From a virus, in the UHGV virus genome UHGV-0235795: a stretch of 37,388 bases of DNA. The stretch is one strand, 5' to 3'. A program made the translations under genes and the position numbers. Position 1 is the stretch's first letter. Each line of letters opens with the position of its first letter. Shown here in pieces: positions 1 to 8,442 of this stretch. The notes beneath the pieces were generated by a model. It made no database searches, had not been told where the DNA came from, and saw nothing but the letters and a program-made list of their open reading frames with translations.

Positions 1-129
1 CGGCGAACCAATATATTGAATTGTACGTTCTACAATTTCCATCACGCATTCTCCACAATGCGGACAGTAATTTGCATTTTCCGGAAGATCATCAAAACAC
101 CTCGGGCAAATTTTTGTCACTCTCCTCAC
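1..129 (-). CDS. Partial small zinc-ribbon protein (CPRC...CPHC), continues beyond window start
   Basis: Minus-strand frame open from GTG at 129..127 (GTGA overlap with stop of upstream gene) to position 1; translation VRRVTKICPRCFDDLPENANYCPHCGECVMEIVERTIQYIGSP; absent from ORF track because truncated. Confidence 0.3.
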   Translation of the reverse strand, partial: MRRVTKICPRCFDDLPENANYCPHCGECVMEIVERTIQYIGSP

Positions 130-284
130 CTCGCTTCATCTTTCTTATCCATCGCTTCTTCTTTTTTTCTGCTCATTGCCGCAGCAGTAGCAATCGTTCC
201 CTCGAGATATCCTCTCTCCCTCTCGCTCATTACTGACAGCTTGTCTGCCAGCTCTTCAATTATTTTCTTTTCTTTTTCCGACAT
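126..284 (-). CDS. Small hypothetical early protein (52 aa)
   Basis: Internal ATG at 284 preceded by GAGGTGA RBS, directly downstream of the Cro-like gene; the track ORF 126..329 overlaps the upstream gene so the shorter start is preferred. Confidence 0.35.
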   Translation of the reverse strand: MSEKEKKIIEELADKLSVMSERERGYLEGTIATAAAMSRKKEEAMDKKDEAR

Positions 285-288
285 CTGA

Positions 289-492
289 TCACCTCGCTTT
301 CTCTTCATCTGTTGCAAACAGATAATCAAATTTCACCTTGAATATCTTGCACATTTTCTTCGCTTCGAGTGCAGTGAATTTCCCAGTTTTTTTCTTATTC
401 TCATAAGATACTCTTGAAATTCCGACCATATCTGCCATTCGCTGATTTGTGTAAGAATGTCTTGCCTGCTCAGCATCTAAATTTTTAAACAA
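289..492 (-). CDS. XRE-family HTH regulator, Cro-like (divergent from repressor)
   Basis: 67 aa with HTH segment QRMADMVGISRVSYENKKKTGK; divergently oriented to the CI-like gene across an operator-rich intergenic region; TTG start with GGGAG about 10 nt upstream. Confidence 0.55.
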   Translation of the reverse strand: MFKNLDAEQARHSYTNQRMADMVGISRVSYENKKKTGKFTALEAKKMCKIFKVKFDYLFATDEEKAR

Positions 493-747
493 TTCCTCTT
501 CGCTCCCTTCTGCTATAATATTGGTGCGGACTGCAAATCGCCTCTATGAAAGGAGGTGGTATCATTGAAGATTTATAAAACTGTAAAATCAAGTAAACTC
601 ATTCAGAAATATGAGAAACTCGGATATAAGCTTCTGTATTTTACTTACACGGGTAACGACCTCTCCACAATGTCAGCCCATTTAGAAAAGAAACTGTAGT
701 GTTCCAGTAACTGTCAACCTCGCTCCAATGCAGTCCGCGTTTCAAAA

Positions 748-827
748 TTTGCATTTCGCAAACTTTAATTATACTATAATTGCTTATCGCAAACTTGTCA
801 ATAGTTTTCTTTTCATTTTGCAAACTT
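748..827. promoter_or_regulatory. Three operator-like sites (TTTGC-N5-GCAAA, TTGC-N5-GCAA, TTTGCAAA palindrome) spaced 31 bp apart
   Basis: Direct repeats YCGCAAACTT at 756-765, 787-796 and 818-827, each embedded in an inverted repeat; located between the divergent Cro-like and CI-like genes. Confidence 0.5.
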
Positions 828-832
828 TTTTA

Positions 833-861
833 TTGACACTTTTTCAATACGCAACTATAAT
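833..861 (+). promoter_or_regulatory. Consensus sigma-A promoter for repressor operon
   Basis: TTGACA (833-838), 17-nt spacer, TATAAT (856-861), then AGGAGG RBS at 873-878 before ATG 887. Confidence 0.6.
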
Positions 862-886
862 CTTAATTAACAGGAGGTACTAAAAT

Positions 887-1195
887 ATGGGTGAGCACTT
901 CAATGAAAATTTAAAAGAAGCAAGACTAAAATCTGGGCTATCTCAGAAAGATCTTTCAGAAAATATAGGTGTTGCAAAATCAACATATTCTCTATATGAA
1001 AGCGGAAAACGCGAGCCAAATGTAGATACGATTAAAAAAATAGCATCTGCATTAAATGTTTCTGCCGATATGTTACTCGGACTTGAAGCTGAACCAACCA
1101 CTCTTGCCGCCCACTTTGACGGTGATGAATACACAGAAGATGAAATGGAAGAAATCAAAAACTTCGCTGCATTTGTAAAGAACAGAAGAAAATAA
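887..1195 (+). CDS. XRE-family HTH repressor (CI/ImmR-like)
   Basis: N-terminal HTH_XRE motif LKEARLKSGLSQKDLSENIGVAKSTYSLYESGKREPNVDTIKKIASALNVSADMLLG; followed by ImmA-type protease gene. Confidence 0.8.
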   Translation: MGEHFNENLKEARLKSGLSQKDLSENIGVAKSTYSLYESGKREPNVDTIKKIASALNVSADMLLGLEAEPTTLAAHFDGDEYTEDEMEEIKNFAAFVKNRRK

Positions 1196-1243
1196 GACAT
1201 TTTTATTGGACAGATAAGCTGATATGCTGTAGTGGGAGGTGTT

Positions 1244-1714
1244 ATGCATATGAACACATACGAATGTTTACAAGACGAAGCCTGCAGGGACAGTATAAAT
1301 GTTATAGATTATACATTTCACAGTGACCGGATAAAAGGATTGTACTGTGATGGTACTGTAGCAATCAAAAAAGATATGAATACAATTCAGAAAACCTGCA
1401 CACTGGCTGAAGAGCTTGGACATCACCACACATCCGTTGGTGATATTATAAATACAAATTCCGTACAAAACCGCAAGCAAGAACGACAGGCTCGTTTGTG
1501 GGGATACAATAAATTAATTGGACTCATGGGGATTGTCCGGGCATTTAATGCCGGATGTCAAAACCAATATGAAATCGCAGAGTACTTAGATGTTACAGAA
1601 GAATACCTGCAAGAATGCATTAACTGCTATCAGAGTAAATACGGAATCTGTACTACTGTAGATAACTATGTTATTTACTTTGTTCCTTATCTGACAGTTA
1701 CAGAAATGATATAA
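1244..1714 (+). CDS. ImmA/IrrE-family metallopeptidase (anti-repressor protease)
   Basis: HEXXH-type motif in LAEELGHHHTSVGD; classic XRE + ImmA pairing; start could be ATG 1244 or 1250 after GGGAGGTG RBS (track lists GTG 1232). Confidence 0.7.
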   Translation: MHMNTYECLQDEACRDSINVIDYTFHSDRIKGLYCDGTVAIKKDMNTIQKTCTLAEELGHHHTSVGDIINTNSVQNRKQERQARLWGYNKLIGLMGIVRAFNAGCQNQYEIAEYLDVTEEYLQECINCYQSKYGICTTVDNYVIYFVPYLTVTEMI

Positions 1715-1790
1715 CCCCTCGTGGGATTATATAAATGAATAAGTGGTGTTATTCATAAAGAACGGTTCTTATTAACAAAGGAGAAAACAA

Positions 1791-3383
1791 ATGGGTATAG
1801 GGAATATTTTTAAAATCAAGCAATTCAAAGAACGGATTGCCAGTCTTGAAGCGGAGAATCAAACGCTTTCGCAAAATAATGCAGACTTACAGTCAGCTAC
1901 TACTGAATTAAGAGGAAAGCTTTCTGAAATTGGTGGATTTGACTACTATAAAGTAAAATCCATGACCGAACAGATGGAAAAAGAGTACGCTGTCAAACAA
2001 AGAGATCTGAGTATAGAGTATGATGTAAAAGTAGATACTCTGAAAAAGGAATACGAAAGAAAGCAGGCAGAAGCTGAAAAAGGCTTACGAGAGCAACTTG
2101 TCCAACTTGAAAGAATGATTTCTGACCGCACAGACAAATCGCAGTCATTACAGGAAAAAATTGCAGAAGAAATGCTTCAGGAGAGTAAGCTCACCAAACA
2201 GATCAAAACCCAAACTAATAAACTCGGACGATCAAAAGAGTTGGTAAAAGCAATCAATTACAGTTTGGACAATTTCTTTAATTATGATCCTGCAATCAGT
2301 TCTTTAAAATTTAGTGAAAAAGATTTAACCGATTTGGAAGAAATCAGTCCTTCCGTTATCCTGAAGCTCCATTGTATGGATGTAAAAGATCTCCGTAAAG
2401 CCTACCGCCAAAATGATAAGCAAATCAATGATCTTTTAGCAAAATATTCTGCCCGGTACACCACTAAAGCAAATCAGGCAATTTATAAACTTATGGTCAT
2501 TGCTCTTAGAGCAGAGCTTCAAAATATCCTGTATAACCTTAAATTTGAAAAGCTTGAAAAATCTATTGATGATATCAAAGATGTAACTCATAAATATCTT
2601 GAGATTGCAGGAAATGGAAATCAGAGCATCGCAGGAACTCTCACCAAATTTATTGGAGAAATAGAGTATTTGTTTATTAATGCAGCAAAGATTGAATATA
2701 ATTACTACGTTAAAAAAGAACAGGCTCGTCAGGAACAACTTGCTATCCGTGAGCAAATGAGACAGGAAGCCGAGGAACGTAAAGCACTGGAAGCTGAACG
2801 TAAAAAAATAGAACAGGAAGAATCAAAATACAATTCCGAAATTGAAAAGCTGAGAACCCAACTCACCAGTGCTAAAGACGAGGAGGTTGAAAAATTAAAC
2901 GCAAGAATCCTTGCACTACAGGCTCAACTTGCTGACGTTGCTATAAAGAAAGACGAAATTTCTACTCTTGCCAATGGAAAAGCTGGTAACGTGTACGTTA
3001 TCAGTAATCTTGGATCTTTTGGCGAAAATGTATTTAAGATTGGAATGACCCGAAGACTCAATCCACAGGATCGAGTAGATGAACTTGGTAATGCATCTGT
3101 TCCATTCCGTTTTGACGTACATAGCTTTATTTTTTCTGATGATGCAGTTGGTCTTGAAAACAAACTCCATACTATCCTGACTGACAAACGTGTAAATAAG
3201 GTAAATATGAGAAAAGAATTTTTCAATGTATCACTTGATGAACTGGAACAACTTGTTACAGAAATAGAACCTACAGCAGAGTTCAATAGGACTATGGCTG
3301 CTGAAGAGTTCAGACAATCACAATCAACAGACAGCATTTATTCGTCCGATTATACTTATAGTGATGATGAAGACGATGAATAA
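1791..3383 (+). CDS. DUF4041-like coiled-coil protein with C-terminal T5orf172/GIY-YIG-like domain
   Basis: About 380 aa of K/E/Q-rich coiled coil, then VYVISNLGSFGENVFKIGMTRRLNPQDRVDELGNASVPFRFDVHSFIFSDDAVGLENKLHTILTDKRV, which matches the T5orf172/Mug113 GIY-YIG-like signature; acidic C-terminal tail; AT-rich relative to structural genes. Confidence 0.55.
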   Translation: MGIGNIFKIKQFKERIASLEAENQTLSQNNADLQSATTELRGKLSEIGGFDYYKVKSMTEQMEKEYAVKQRDLSIEYDVKVDTLKKEYERKQAEAEKGLREQLVQLERMISDRTDKSQSLQEKIAEEMLQESKLTKQIKTQTNKLGRSKELVKAINYSLDNFFNYDPAISSLKFSEKDLTDLEEISPSVILKLHCMDVKDLRKAYRQNDKQINDLLAKYSARYTTKANQAIYKLMVIALRAELQNILYNLKFEKLEKSIDDIKDVTHKYLEIAGNGNQSIAGTLTKFIGEIEYLFINAAKIEYNYYVKKEQARQEQLAIREQMRQEAEERKALEAERKKIEQEESKYNSEIEKLRTQLTSAKDEEVEKLNARILALQAQLADVAIKKDEISTLANGKAGNVYVISNLGSFGENVFKIGMTRRLNPQDRVDELGNASVPFRFDVHSFIFSDDAVGLENKLHTILTDKRVNKVNMRKEFFNVSLDELEQLVTEIEPTAEFNRTMAAEEFRQSQSTDSIYSSDYTYSDDEDDE

Positions 3384-3487
3384 TTAAAAAACCGCCCCTT
3401 CCCCAAAACATTACTACCATTCAAATGATATGAAAAATTTTATCAAAGTATCTCTGTTTATTTTATACGTGTTTGCACTTCTTTTTA

Positions 3488-3516
3488 TTGACATACGTGT
3501 CGGCACGTGTTATAAT
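3488..3516 (+). promoter_or_regulatory. hicAB promoter with operator-like palindrome in spacer
   Basis: TTGACA (3488-3493), 17-nt spacer TACGTGTCGGCACGTGT containing inverted repeat ACGTG..CACGT, TATAAT (3511-3516); related half-site TACGTGT also at 3467. Confidence 0.5.
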
Positions 3517-3538
3517 AATATCATAGAAAGGAGATATA

Positions 3539-3721
3539 ATGAAAACACAGGAATTATTAAAAATGCTAAAGAAAACGAAATGCGAATTGATTCGGAATGG
3601 TAGCCGGCATGATATTTGGTACAGTCCTATAACTGGAAAACAATTCGCAGTTCCAAGACACAAAGCAGAAATTCCAACAGGAACTCTCAACAACATTCTG
3701 AAAGATGCGGGACTTAAATAG
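3539..3721 (+). CDS. hicA: HicA-family type II toxin (mRNA interferase)
   Basis: 60 aa, CELIRNGSRHDIWYSPITGKQFAVPRHKAEIPTGTLNNILKDAGL is the YcfA/HicA signature. Confidence 0.8.
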   Translation: MKTQELLKMLKKTKCELIRNGSRHDIWYSPITGKQFAVPRHKAEIPTGTLNNILKDAGLK

Positions 3722-3771
3722 TCCCCTTCTTTTCCAGTCTTATATATTATATATTTGAAAGGAGAATTGTT

Positions 3772-4170
3772 ATGGCAAAATATGCTTATCCCGCAATTTT
3801 TACCCCTGAAGATGATGGAAGTTTTTCGATTAATTTTCCTGACTTGGAAGGTTGTTACACTTGTGGGGATTCACTGGAAGACGGTATTGAAATGGCAGAA
3901 GACGCACTCGCTCTAGTTCTTTACGGATACGAAAAGGACGGACGCAAAATCCCTGCCCCTTCTGCTCCATCAGAAATTACACTTTCTGATAACGACTTTA
4001 TTAATTATATTGCTTGCGATACAATGGCTTATCGTAAGATGTATAACAACAAAGCTGTCAAAAAAACTCTTACCATTCCAGAATGGTTAAATGAATCTGC
4101 TTCTGCTATGGGACTTAATTTCTCTCAGGTGCTTCAAGAAGCATTAATGCAGAAAATGCAGATGAAATAA
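3772..4170 (+). CDS. hicB: HicB-family antitoxin
   Basis: N-terminal YAYPAIFTPEDDGSFSINFPDLEGCYTCGDSLEDGIEMAEDAL is the HicB/UPF0150 RNase-H-like fold signature; immediately downstream of hicA. Confidence 0.75.
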   Translation: MAKYAYPAIFTPEDDGSFSINFPDLEGCYTCGDSLEDGIEMAEDALALVLYGYEKDGRKIPAPSAPSEITLSDNDFINYIACDTMAYRKMYNNKAVKKTLTIPEWLNESASAMGLNFSQVLQEALMQKMQMK

Positions 4171-4187
4171 TAATATAACTAAAAAAT

Positions 4188-4208
4188 CCCGGTGCTACCA
4201 ACACCGGG
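4188..4208. terminator. Stem-loop (7-bp perfect stem CCCGGTG/CACCGGG) after hicB, A-run upstream
   Basis: Seen directly; the T-run lies on the minus-strand side, so it may terminate antisense read-through or act weakly for hicAB. Confidence 0.35.
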
Positions 4209-4338
4209 AGATGAATAATGATCTCCGAAGAAATACATCATTCAACGACCAATGAATATTGTATCATCTTCGGAGCAGTCACGCAAGCGGAACAACCGTT
4301 CTGTGCTGGCTGTTATTTTTATACTAGGAGATGATAAT

Positions 4339-5454
4339 ATGGCTACAGCTAAAAAGTTACCTTCAGGATCTTGGAGGTGCTTAGTTTTTTCGCACTATGA
4401 AAACCTGTTCAACGAGGACGGAAGTCCTATGATTGACGAGAAGACGGGAAAACAGAAGCGGAAAAGGATTTATGAATCGTTTACGAGTGACTTACAGGGG
4501 AGACGTGGAAAGCGGGATGCAGAAGCTCAGGCGGCTCAGTTCCTTGCAGAGAAAGACCGGAAGAAACGCCCTGAGAACTGGACAGTGAAAGAAGCTTTTG
4601 AAAATTACATAAAGTTAAAGGATCATGTGCTGTCCGAGACTACTCTCCGTGGCTACGAGACGATCGCCCGGAATCAGATCGGACAGATAGCGGATATCAG
4701 CCTCCGCAAGCTCTCGCAGGAAGACGTACAGAGCTGGATTAACATTCTGTCGGTAAAGTTATCGCCTAAGACCGTAAAGAATGCCTACGGGCTGTTTACA
4801 GCGGTCATGCGGATGTATCTGCCAGATATGCACTTCCATACCACTCTGCCGTCCGCAAAGGCCTATGAGGGTTATGTTCCATCCGATCAGGACATCACGG
4901 ATCTGATCTGCTATATCCGGGGAACCGAACTGGAAAAAGCAGTGCTTCTCGCAGCGTTTGGAAGTCTCAGGCGTGGAGAAGTCTTCGGGCTGACGAAAGA
5001 GGATATCAAGGGGAACTCCATACGGATCAGAGAGACGAAAGTCCGGGGACGTAGTGGCATCATCAAAAAAGGACCCAAGACACAGAGCAGCTACCGATAC
5101 ATTATCATGCCGGAATTTGTGATCCGAAAATTTGACGATATCGAAAGCGGTCCGCTTGTCAGGATGCACCCGGAAGATCTATCTAAAAACTTTAAAAAGG
5201 TGCTTCGCTCTGCTGGGATTCCTGAATTTCGATACCATGATCTCAGACATTATACTGCGTCCATCATGCACGCCCTGAACATTCCGGATCAGTACATCAT
5301 GAAGCGTGGTGGATGGAAGTCTGACAGAGTCCTGAAAAGGGTATACCGTGGCACGATTGCACCGGAAGAAGAGAGATTTACAGACCGAATCAATGAGCAT
5401 TTTACGGAAATGATGCAACACGTCATGCAACACGATAAACGAAAAGCCTTATAA
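4339..5454 (+). CDS. int: Tyrosine site-specific integrase
   Basis: C-terminal catalytic region HDLRHYTASIMHALNIPDQYIMKRGGWKSDRVLKRVY (R..HxxR..Y); ATG 4339 preceded by GGAGATG RBS (track ORF starts upstream at 4252). Confidence 0.9.
   Translation: MATAKKLPSGSWRCLVFSHYENLFNEDGSPMIDEKTGKQKRKRIYESFTSDLQGRRGKRDAEAQAAQFLAEKDRKKRPENWTVKEAFENYIKLKDHVLSETTLRGYETIARNQIGQIADISLRKLSQEDVQSWINILSVKLSPKTVKNAYGLFTAVMRMYLPDMHFHTTLPSAKAYEGYVPSDQDITDLICYIRGTELEKAVLLAAFGSLRRGEVFGLTKEDIKGNSIRIRETKVRGRSGIIKKGPKTQSSYRYIIMPEFVIRKFDDIESGPLVRMHPEDLSKNFKKVLRSAGIPEFRYHDLRHYTASIMHALNIPDQYIMKRGGWKSDRVLKRVYRGTIAPEEERFTDRINEHFTEMMQHVMQHDKRKAL
5413..5434. repeat. Two tandem copies of ATGCAACACG (putative integrase arm-type sites), inside int 3' end
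   Basis: ATGCAACACG at 5413-5422 and 5425-5434; two further copies at 5628-5637 and 5650-5659 on the other side of the core. Confidence 0.4.
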
Positions 5455-5477
5455 ATACAGCATTTTCCTGTAGGTTT

Positions 5478-5504
5478 TCTGGGTTCGATTCCCGCCAGGT
5501 CCAC
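5478..5504 (+). other. tRNA 3'-end fragment (T-loop GGTTCGATTCC plus acceptor 3' strand), putative att core
   Basis: CTGGGTTCGATTCCCGCCAGGTCCA matches a tRNA T-arm/acceptor 3' half; no matching 5' half upstream, so it is a fragment typical of attP/attL carried next to int. Confidence 0.45.
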
Positions 5505-5534
5505 TTTTTCAAAAAGTGCGTAATTTCAAGGATA

Positions 5535-5579
5535 GCGGAGAAAGCCTTTAAAATAAGGGTTCTCCGCTTTTTCTTTTAC
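5535..5579 (+). terminator. Rho-independent terminator (GCGGAGA...TCTCCGC then T-run)
   Basis: 7-bp stem with long loop followed by TTTTTCTTTT; sits just after the tRNA fragment, where it would terminate the reconstituted tRNA or int transcript. Confidence 0.45.
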
Positions 5580-5627
5580 TGAAATGATTCTATTATTTCG
5601 GACTTTTTAAGCGTATTTTACAATCTT

Positions 5628-5659
5628 ATGCAACACGAAATACGCAAAAATGCAACACG
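5628..5659. repeat. Two copies of ATGCAACACG(AAA) in attP arm
   Basis: TGCAACACGAAA at 5629-5640 and 5651-5662, direct orientation, same as the copies at 5413-5434. Confidence 0.4.
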
Positions 5660-5682
5660 AAAACAGATGATACAATATTCAG

Positions 5683-5704
5683 CCCCGGAGTGACTGCTCC
5701 GGGG
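5683..5704 (-). terminator. Hairpin (8-bp perfect stem CCCCGGAG/CTCCGGGG) immediately 3' of endolysin stop
   Basis: Seen directly; positioned as terminator of the late operon although the trailing U-run is imperfect. Confidence 0.4.
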
Positions 5705-5709
5705 TAATC

Positions 5710-6738
5710 TTATTTCACTCTGAGTTTCTGACCAACATAAATCTTATTCGGATTTTTGATGCCGCTCAGCGTTGCAATCTTCTGATAGGTTGTACCGTAT
5801 TTTGCCGCAATCTTTGACAGGGTATCCCCGGATTTTACCGTATAGTACACAGCAGACGATCCTGAGCCACTTCCGTTGATTACTTTCTGCACTTCTGCAT
5901 ACCGTTTTCCGAGTACCGTCTTACGGGTATCACCATTGCCATATTTTCCCGCCTTTGTCTCCGTTGCAAGCGTGGAGGCTGATGCAGTAGCGATATGGTT
6001 AATAAAAGTCTGCACCTCGGAGTAACGACTGCCAAGTTTCGTCTTACGTGTATCGCCATCACCATACTTGCCTGACAGCGTATCTACCACAAGCTGCAAT
6101 GTTGTTCCAATCGGCACGACTGCACTGGGACTGGATGCAGGCTGTGATGGCTTGCTGATCCCTGTGATTTCTGCCGGAAAATCACGATAGCAATAATTGA
6201 CATCCACCCGTCCACTAATGCCCGGAACACTTCCATCGGAGCTGTACTGCCACATATCAGCTTTCATCCCAAGTGTACTGTTATAGCGTGCAATCCACAG
6301 TGGATATCTTGTCCCCAGCGAACTTAAGTAATTATCCCACCAGGATTTATTACAATACACTCCACACTTATATCCTGCTGCTTCGATCAGTGCAGCAAAT
6401 TTCTTCATACGGTCAACCGCACCTGTCTGTGTTCCTGATTCTTCCAGGTCATAAAATACCGGATACGACAGTTTATATCCTTTCACCAGTCTCAGCACAT
6501 GTCTTGCCTCTGACTCTGCCTGTGCAGTTGTCTTTGCATACGAATAAATATAAACACCAAACGGAATCCCCAGTCTGGTACATTCATTTGCATTTCTCTT
6601 CCACTGCTTATCATCCTGGGAAGTCAGATCATCCCCGTAACCACACCGAATGATCGCATGATATCCTGCTGCCTTAACTTTCTCCCAGTTAATAGTTCCC
6701 TGATGATACGATATGTCTACTACATTAATTGTTGCCAT
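5710..6738 (-). CDS. Endolysin: GH25 muramidase + 2x CW_7 repeats + C-terminal LysM
   Basis: N-terminus [32 protein letters not shown] (GH25); duplicated [22 protein letters not shown] / [22 protein letters not shown] (CW_7-like); C-terminus [44 protein letters not shown] (LysM). Confidence 0.85.
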   Translation of the reverse strand: MATINVVDISYHQGTINWEKVKAAGYHAIIRCGYGDDLTSQDDKQWKRNANECTRLGIPFGVYIYSYAKTTAQAESEARHVLRLVKGYKLSYPVFYDLEESGTQTGAVDRMKKFAALIEAAGYKCGVYCNKSWWDNYLSSLGTRYPLWIARYNSTLGMKADMWQYSSDGSVPGISGRVDVNYCYRDFPAEITGISKPSQPASSPSAVVPIGTTLQLVVDTLSGKYGDGDTRKTKLGSRYSEVQTFINHIATASASTLATETKAGKYGNGDTRKTVLGKRYAEVQKVINGSGSGSSAVYYTVKSGDTLSKIAAKYGTTYQKIATLSGIKNPNKIYVGQKLRVK

Positions 6739-6740
6739 AA

Positions 6741-7154
6741 TTATTCTTCCTCCTTATCTGAATCTCTCAACTGTAAAAGTACATCTTTTAGCCGTTCCGG
6801 GATTGGAACAAATACCGCTGCATTTTCCAACAGACTCAACGCTTCGTTGCAAATGTAAAATGTAATAACCACTTCCCGGAGCGGAATCGTGCCACCGATC
6901 AGCATCTGAATCAGGTAAGCCACAGCGATCACAATAAACATCACGATCTTTTTCAGCAGTCCACGGAATCCTGTCTCGGATGAGAGCTGCTTCAGGTAAA
7001 TTCCTTTCAGCACTCCCGTGACATAATCCAGCACCGCAAGACACACGATCGTCTTAAGCAGTACGTCCCATCCTCCTAAAAAGTACGCAAGGACTCCACC
7101 CAGGAATCCAAATACAATGCTGATTTCATTAAATAACTTGTCCATTTTTTTCAT
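6741..7154 (-). CDS. Holin (phage_holin_4_1 / TcdE-like family)
   Basis: [27 protein letters not shown] and multiple TM segments; start ambiguous (ATG at 7178 with ATGA overlap, 7154 or 7145); sits directly upstream of the endolysin. Confidence 0.7.
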   Translation of the reverse strand: MKKMDKLFNEISIVFGFLGGVLAYFLGGWDVLLKTIVCLAVLDYVTGVLKGIYLKQLSSETGFRGLLKKIVMFIVIAVAYLIQMLIGGTIPLREVVITFYICNEALSLLENAAVFVPIPERLKDVLLQLRDSDKEEE

Positions 7155-7174
7155 ATTCCTCACTTTCCTCTCTT

Positions 7175-8299
7175 TCATCCTACCGCAAATACCGGGCGAA
7201 TCCCGTAAGTGCTTGTAGCCATATCACTGCTAGCATCGCCGTATTGCGATATCAGGGTGTATGTCTGTGATCCTGCTACATTCCGCAACCAATAGTTTAC
7301 ACCAATAGTCTTCAATTCAGGAGCAAGCCGGAACAGTGCTAACTGCTGCGTATCGGATGTCTGCTTATTACTGTTGTCGGTGCAAATATAAGTTCCATGC
7401 ACCATTACTTCATTCATGAGATCTACAGATGCATTTCCCCAGGATCCATCGGAAAACATTCTATGTGATATCAGTATATTTTTAAATGCGTCCGGCAGCG
7501 AGTTAGCTATTTGATTTAACCGTGCATTTTTCATCGTCGAACTTTTGTAGCCGCCTGATGTACTGTTGCTTGTATGCATCTGTCCGCTCCCTAATATAGT
7601 ATCCGGGACTATTAATATATGGGGTTTTTGTACTTTTTCTGATTCCGGATAACCTACATTTCGCCAGTAATTAATGTCCGCTATCCTGTATTTGGTTCCG
7701 TTTATCTCCCAGTAGTCGCCGACGTACAGATTCCGAAAACTGCCCTTCCTGATTGCAATCATCTGTTCTTCTGTAATAGATTCACCCAGGCACTTACCTC
7801 GAAAGACGTTCCGGTGCATTTCCGGTGGCAATCCAACCATATATACGCTGACTGCCTGTTCTACCATCTCGGCAGTAGCCGCAAATTTTCTGGCATCTGC
7901 ATCATCCCGGACTGACTGGGCAATCTGCTGTGTCTCGTCCACTTTGTCAAGAATCTGCTGCCATACTGTCGGCTCAGGATCGGATGGAGTGCCACCGCTT
8001 AAGGTTGCCGGCAGTGAAAAACTCTTGATATCGGTCGTGATAACCGTCTCGCCTAGCGTCCCGGATACGGATACCCCGACCCGCCCGGGTGCGGTAAGGA
8101 CTTCTGCCGGCACGGTACAAGCGTCATTTTCCAGTAGCTGTGAATAGGTATTACCATTCGCTCCACGGAAGAAAGCCGTCTTTGTCAGCCCATCCCATTC
8201 CTCTGAGAAGCTGAACTCTGCCCGTAAATACTCCCTTGTCCCTTCTGCTGTCTCAGGCGGCTCAAGATAGAGCCGCTGATTTACTACTTTGATTTTCAT
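7175..8299 (-). CDS. Putative tail fiber / receptor-binding protein
   Basis: 374 aa at the last tail position before the lysis cassette; C-terminal Trp/Tyr/Gly-rich lectin-like region; no family recognised. Confidence 0.4.
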   Translation of the reverse strand: MKIKVVNQRLYLEPPETAEGTREYLRAEFSFSEEWDGLTKTAFFRGANGNTYSQLLENDACTVPAEVLTAPGRVGVSVSGTLGETVITTDIKSFSLPATLSGGTPSDPEPTVWQQILDKVDETQQIAQSVRDDADARKFAATAEMVEQAVSVYMVGLPPEMHRNVFRGKCLGESITEEQMIAIRKGSFRNLYVGDYWEINGTKYRIADINYWRNVGYPESEKVQKPHILIVPDTILGSGQMHTSNSTSGGYKSSTMKNARLNQIANSLPDAFKNILISHRMFSDGSWGNASVDLMNEVMVHGTYICTDNSNKQTSDTQQLALFRLAPELKTIGVNYWLRNVAGSQTYTLISQYGDASSDMATSTYGIRPVFAVG

Positions 8300-8442
8300 G
8301 CTTTTTCCTCATCCTCTTTTACAAGTTCTGCCATACCGGAATCCTCCAGAATCTCTTTTACCTTGTCCTTCAAGAGCCGTGGGACCTGTCCATATGTTTT
8401 CTTTCCTAAGATAATCTGCTGTGCCCATAACATTGCCATCAT
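8296..8442 (-). CDS. XkdX-like small phage protein
   Basis: 48 aa MMAMLWAQQIILGKKTYGQVPRLLKDKVKEIL... after a purine-rich RBS GGAAAGGAAGGAAAAGAA; typical position between tail genes and holin. Confidence 0.35.
   Translation of the reverse strand: MMAMLWAQQIILGKKTYGQVPRLLKDKVKEILEDSGMAELVKEDEEKA

Noticed and set aside
16-288. Plus-strand ORFs 16-288 and 21-236
   Set aside because: The region is better explained by two minus-strand genes with RBSs and coupled GTGA/stop-start junctions. The plus frames are low-complexity.
4252-4338. N-terminal extension of the integrase from ATG 4252
   Set aside because: ATG 4339 has a proper GGAGATG RBS, and the extension (MNIVSSSEQSRKRNNRSVLAVIFILGDDN) looks non-native.
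5440-5520. Full tRNA gene downstream of the integrase
   Set aside because: Only a T-arm/acceptor 3' half is present. The sequence about 70 nt upstream does not supply a complementary acceptor 5' strand, and the base of the putative T-stem has mismatches. This is consistent with an att-core fragment.
4252-5709. Interpretation as two separate integrated elements in tandem at one tRNA site
   Set aside because: It cannot be excluded. A single circular or excised phage with int and the lysin flanking attP explains the orientation of every module without invoking a second element.
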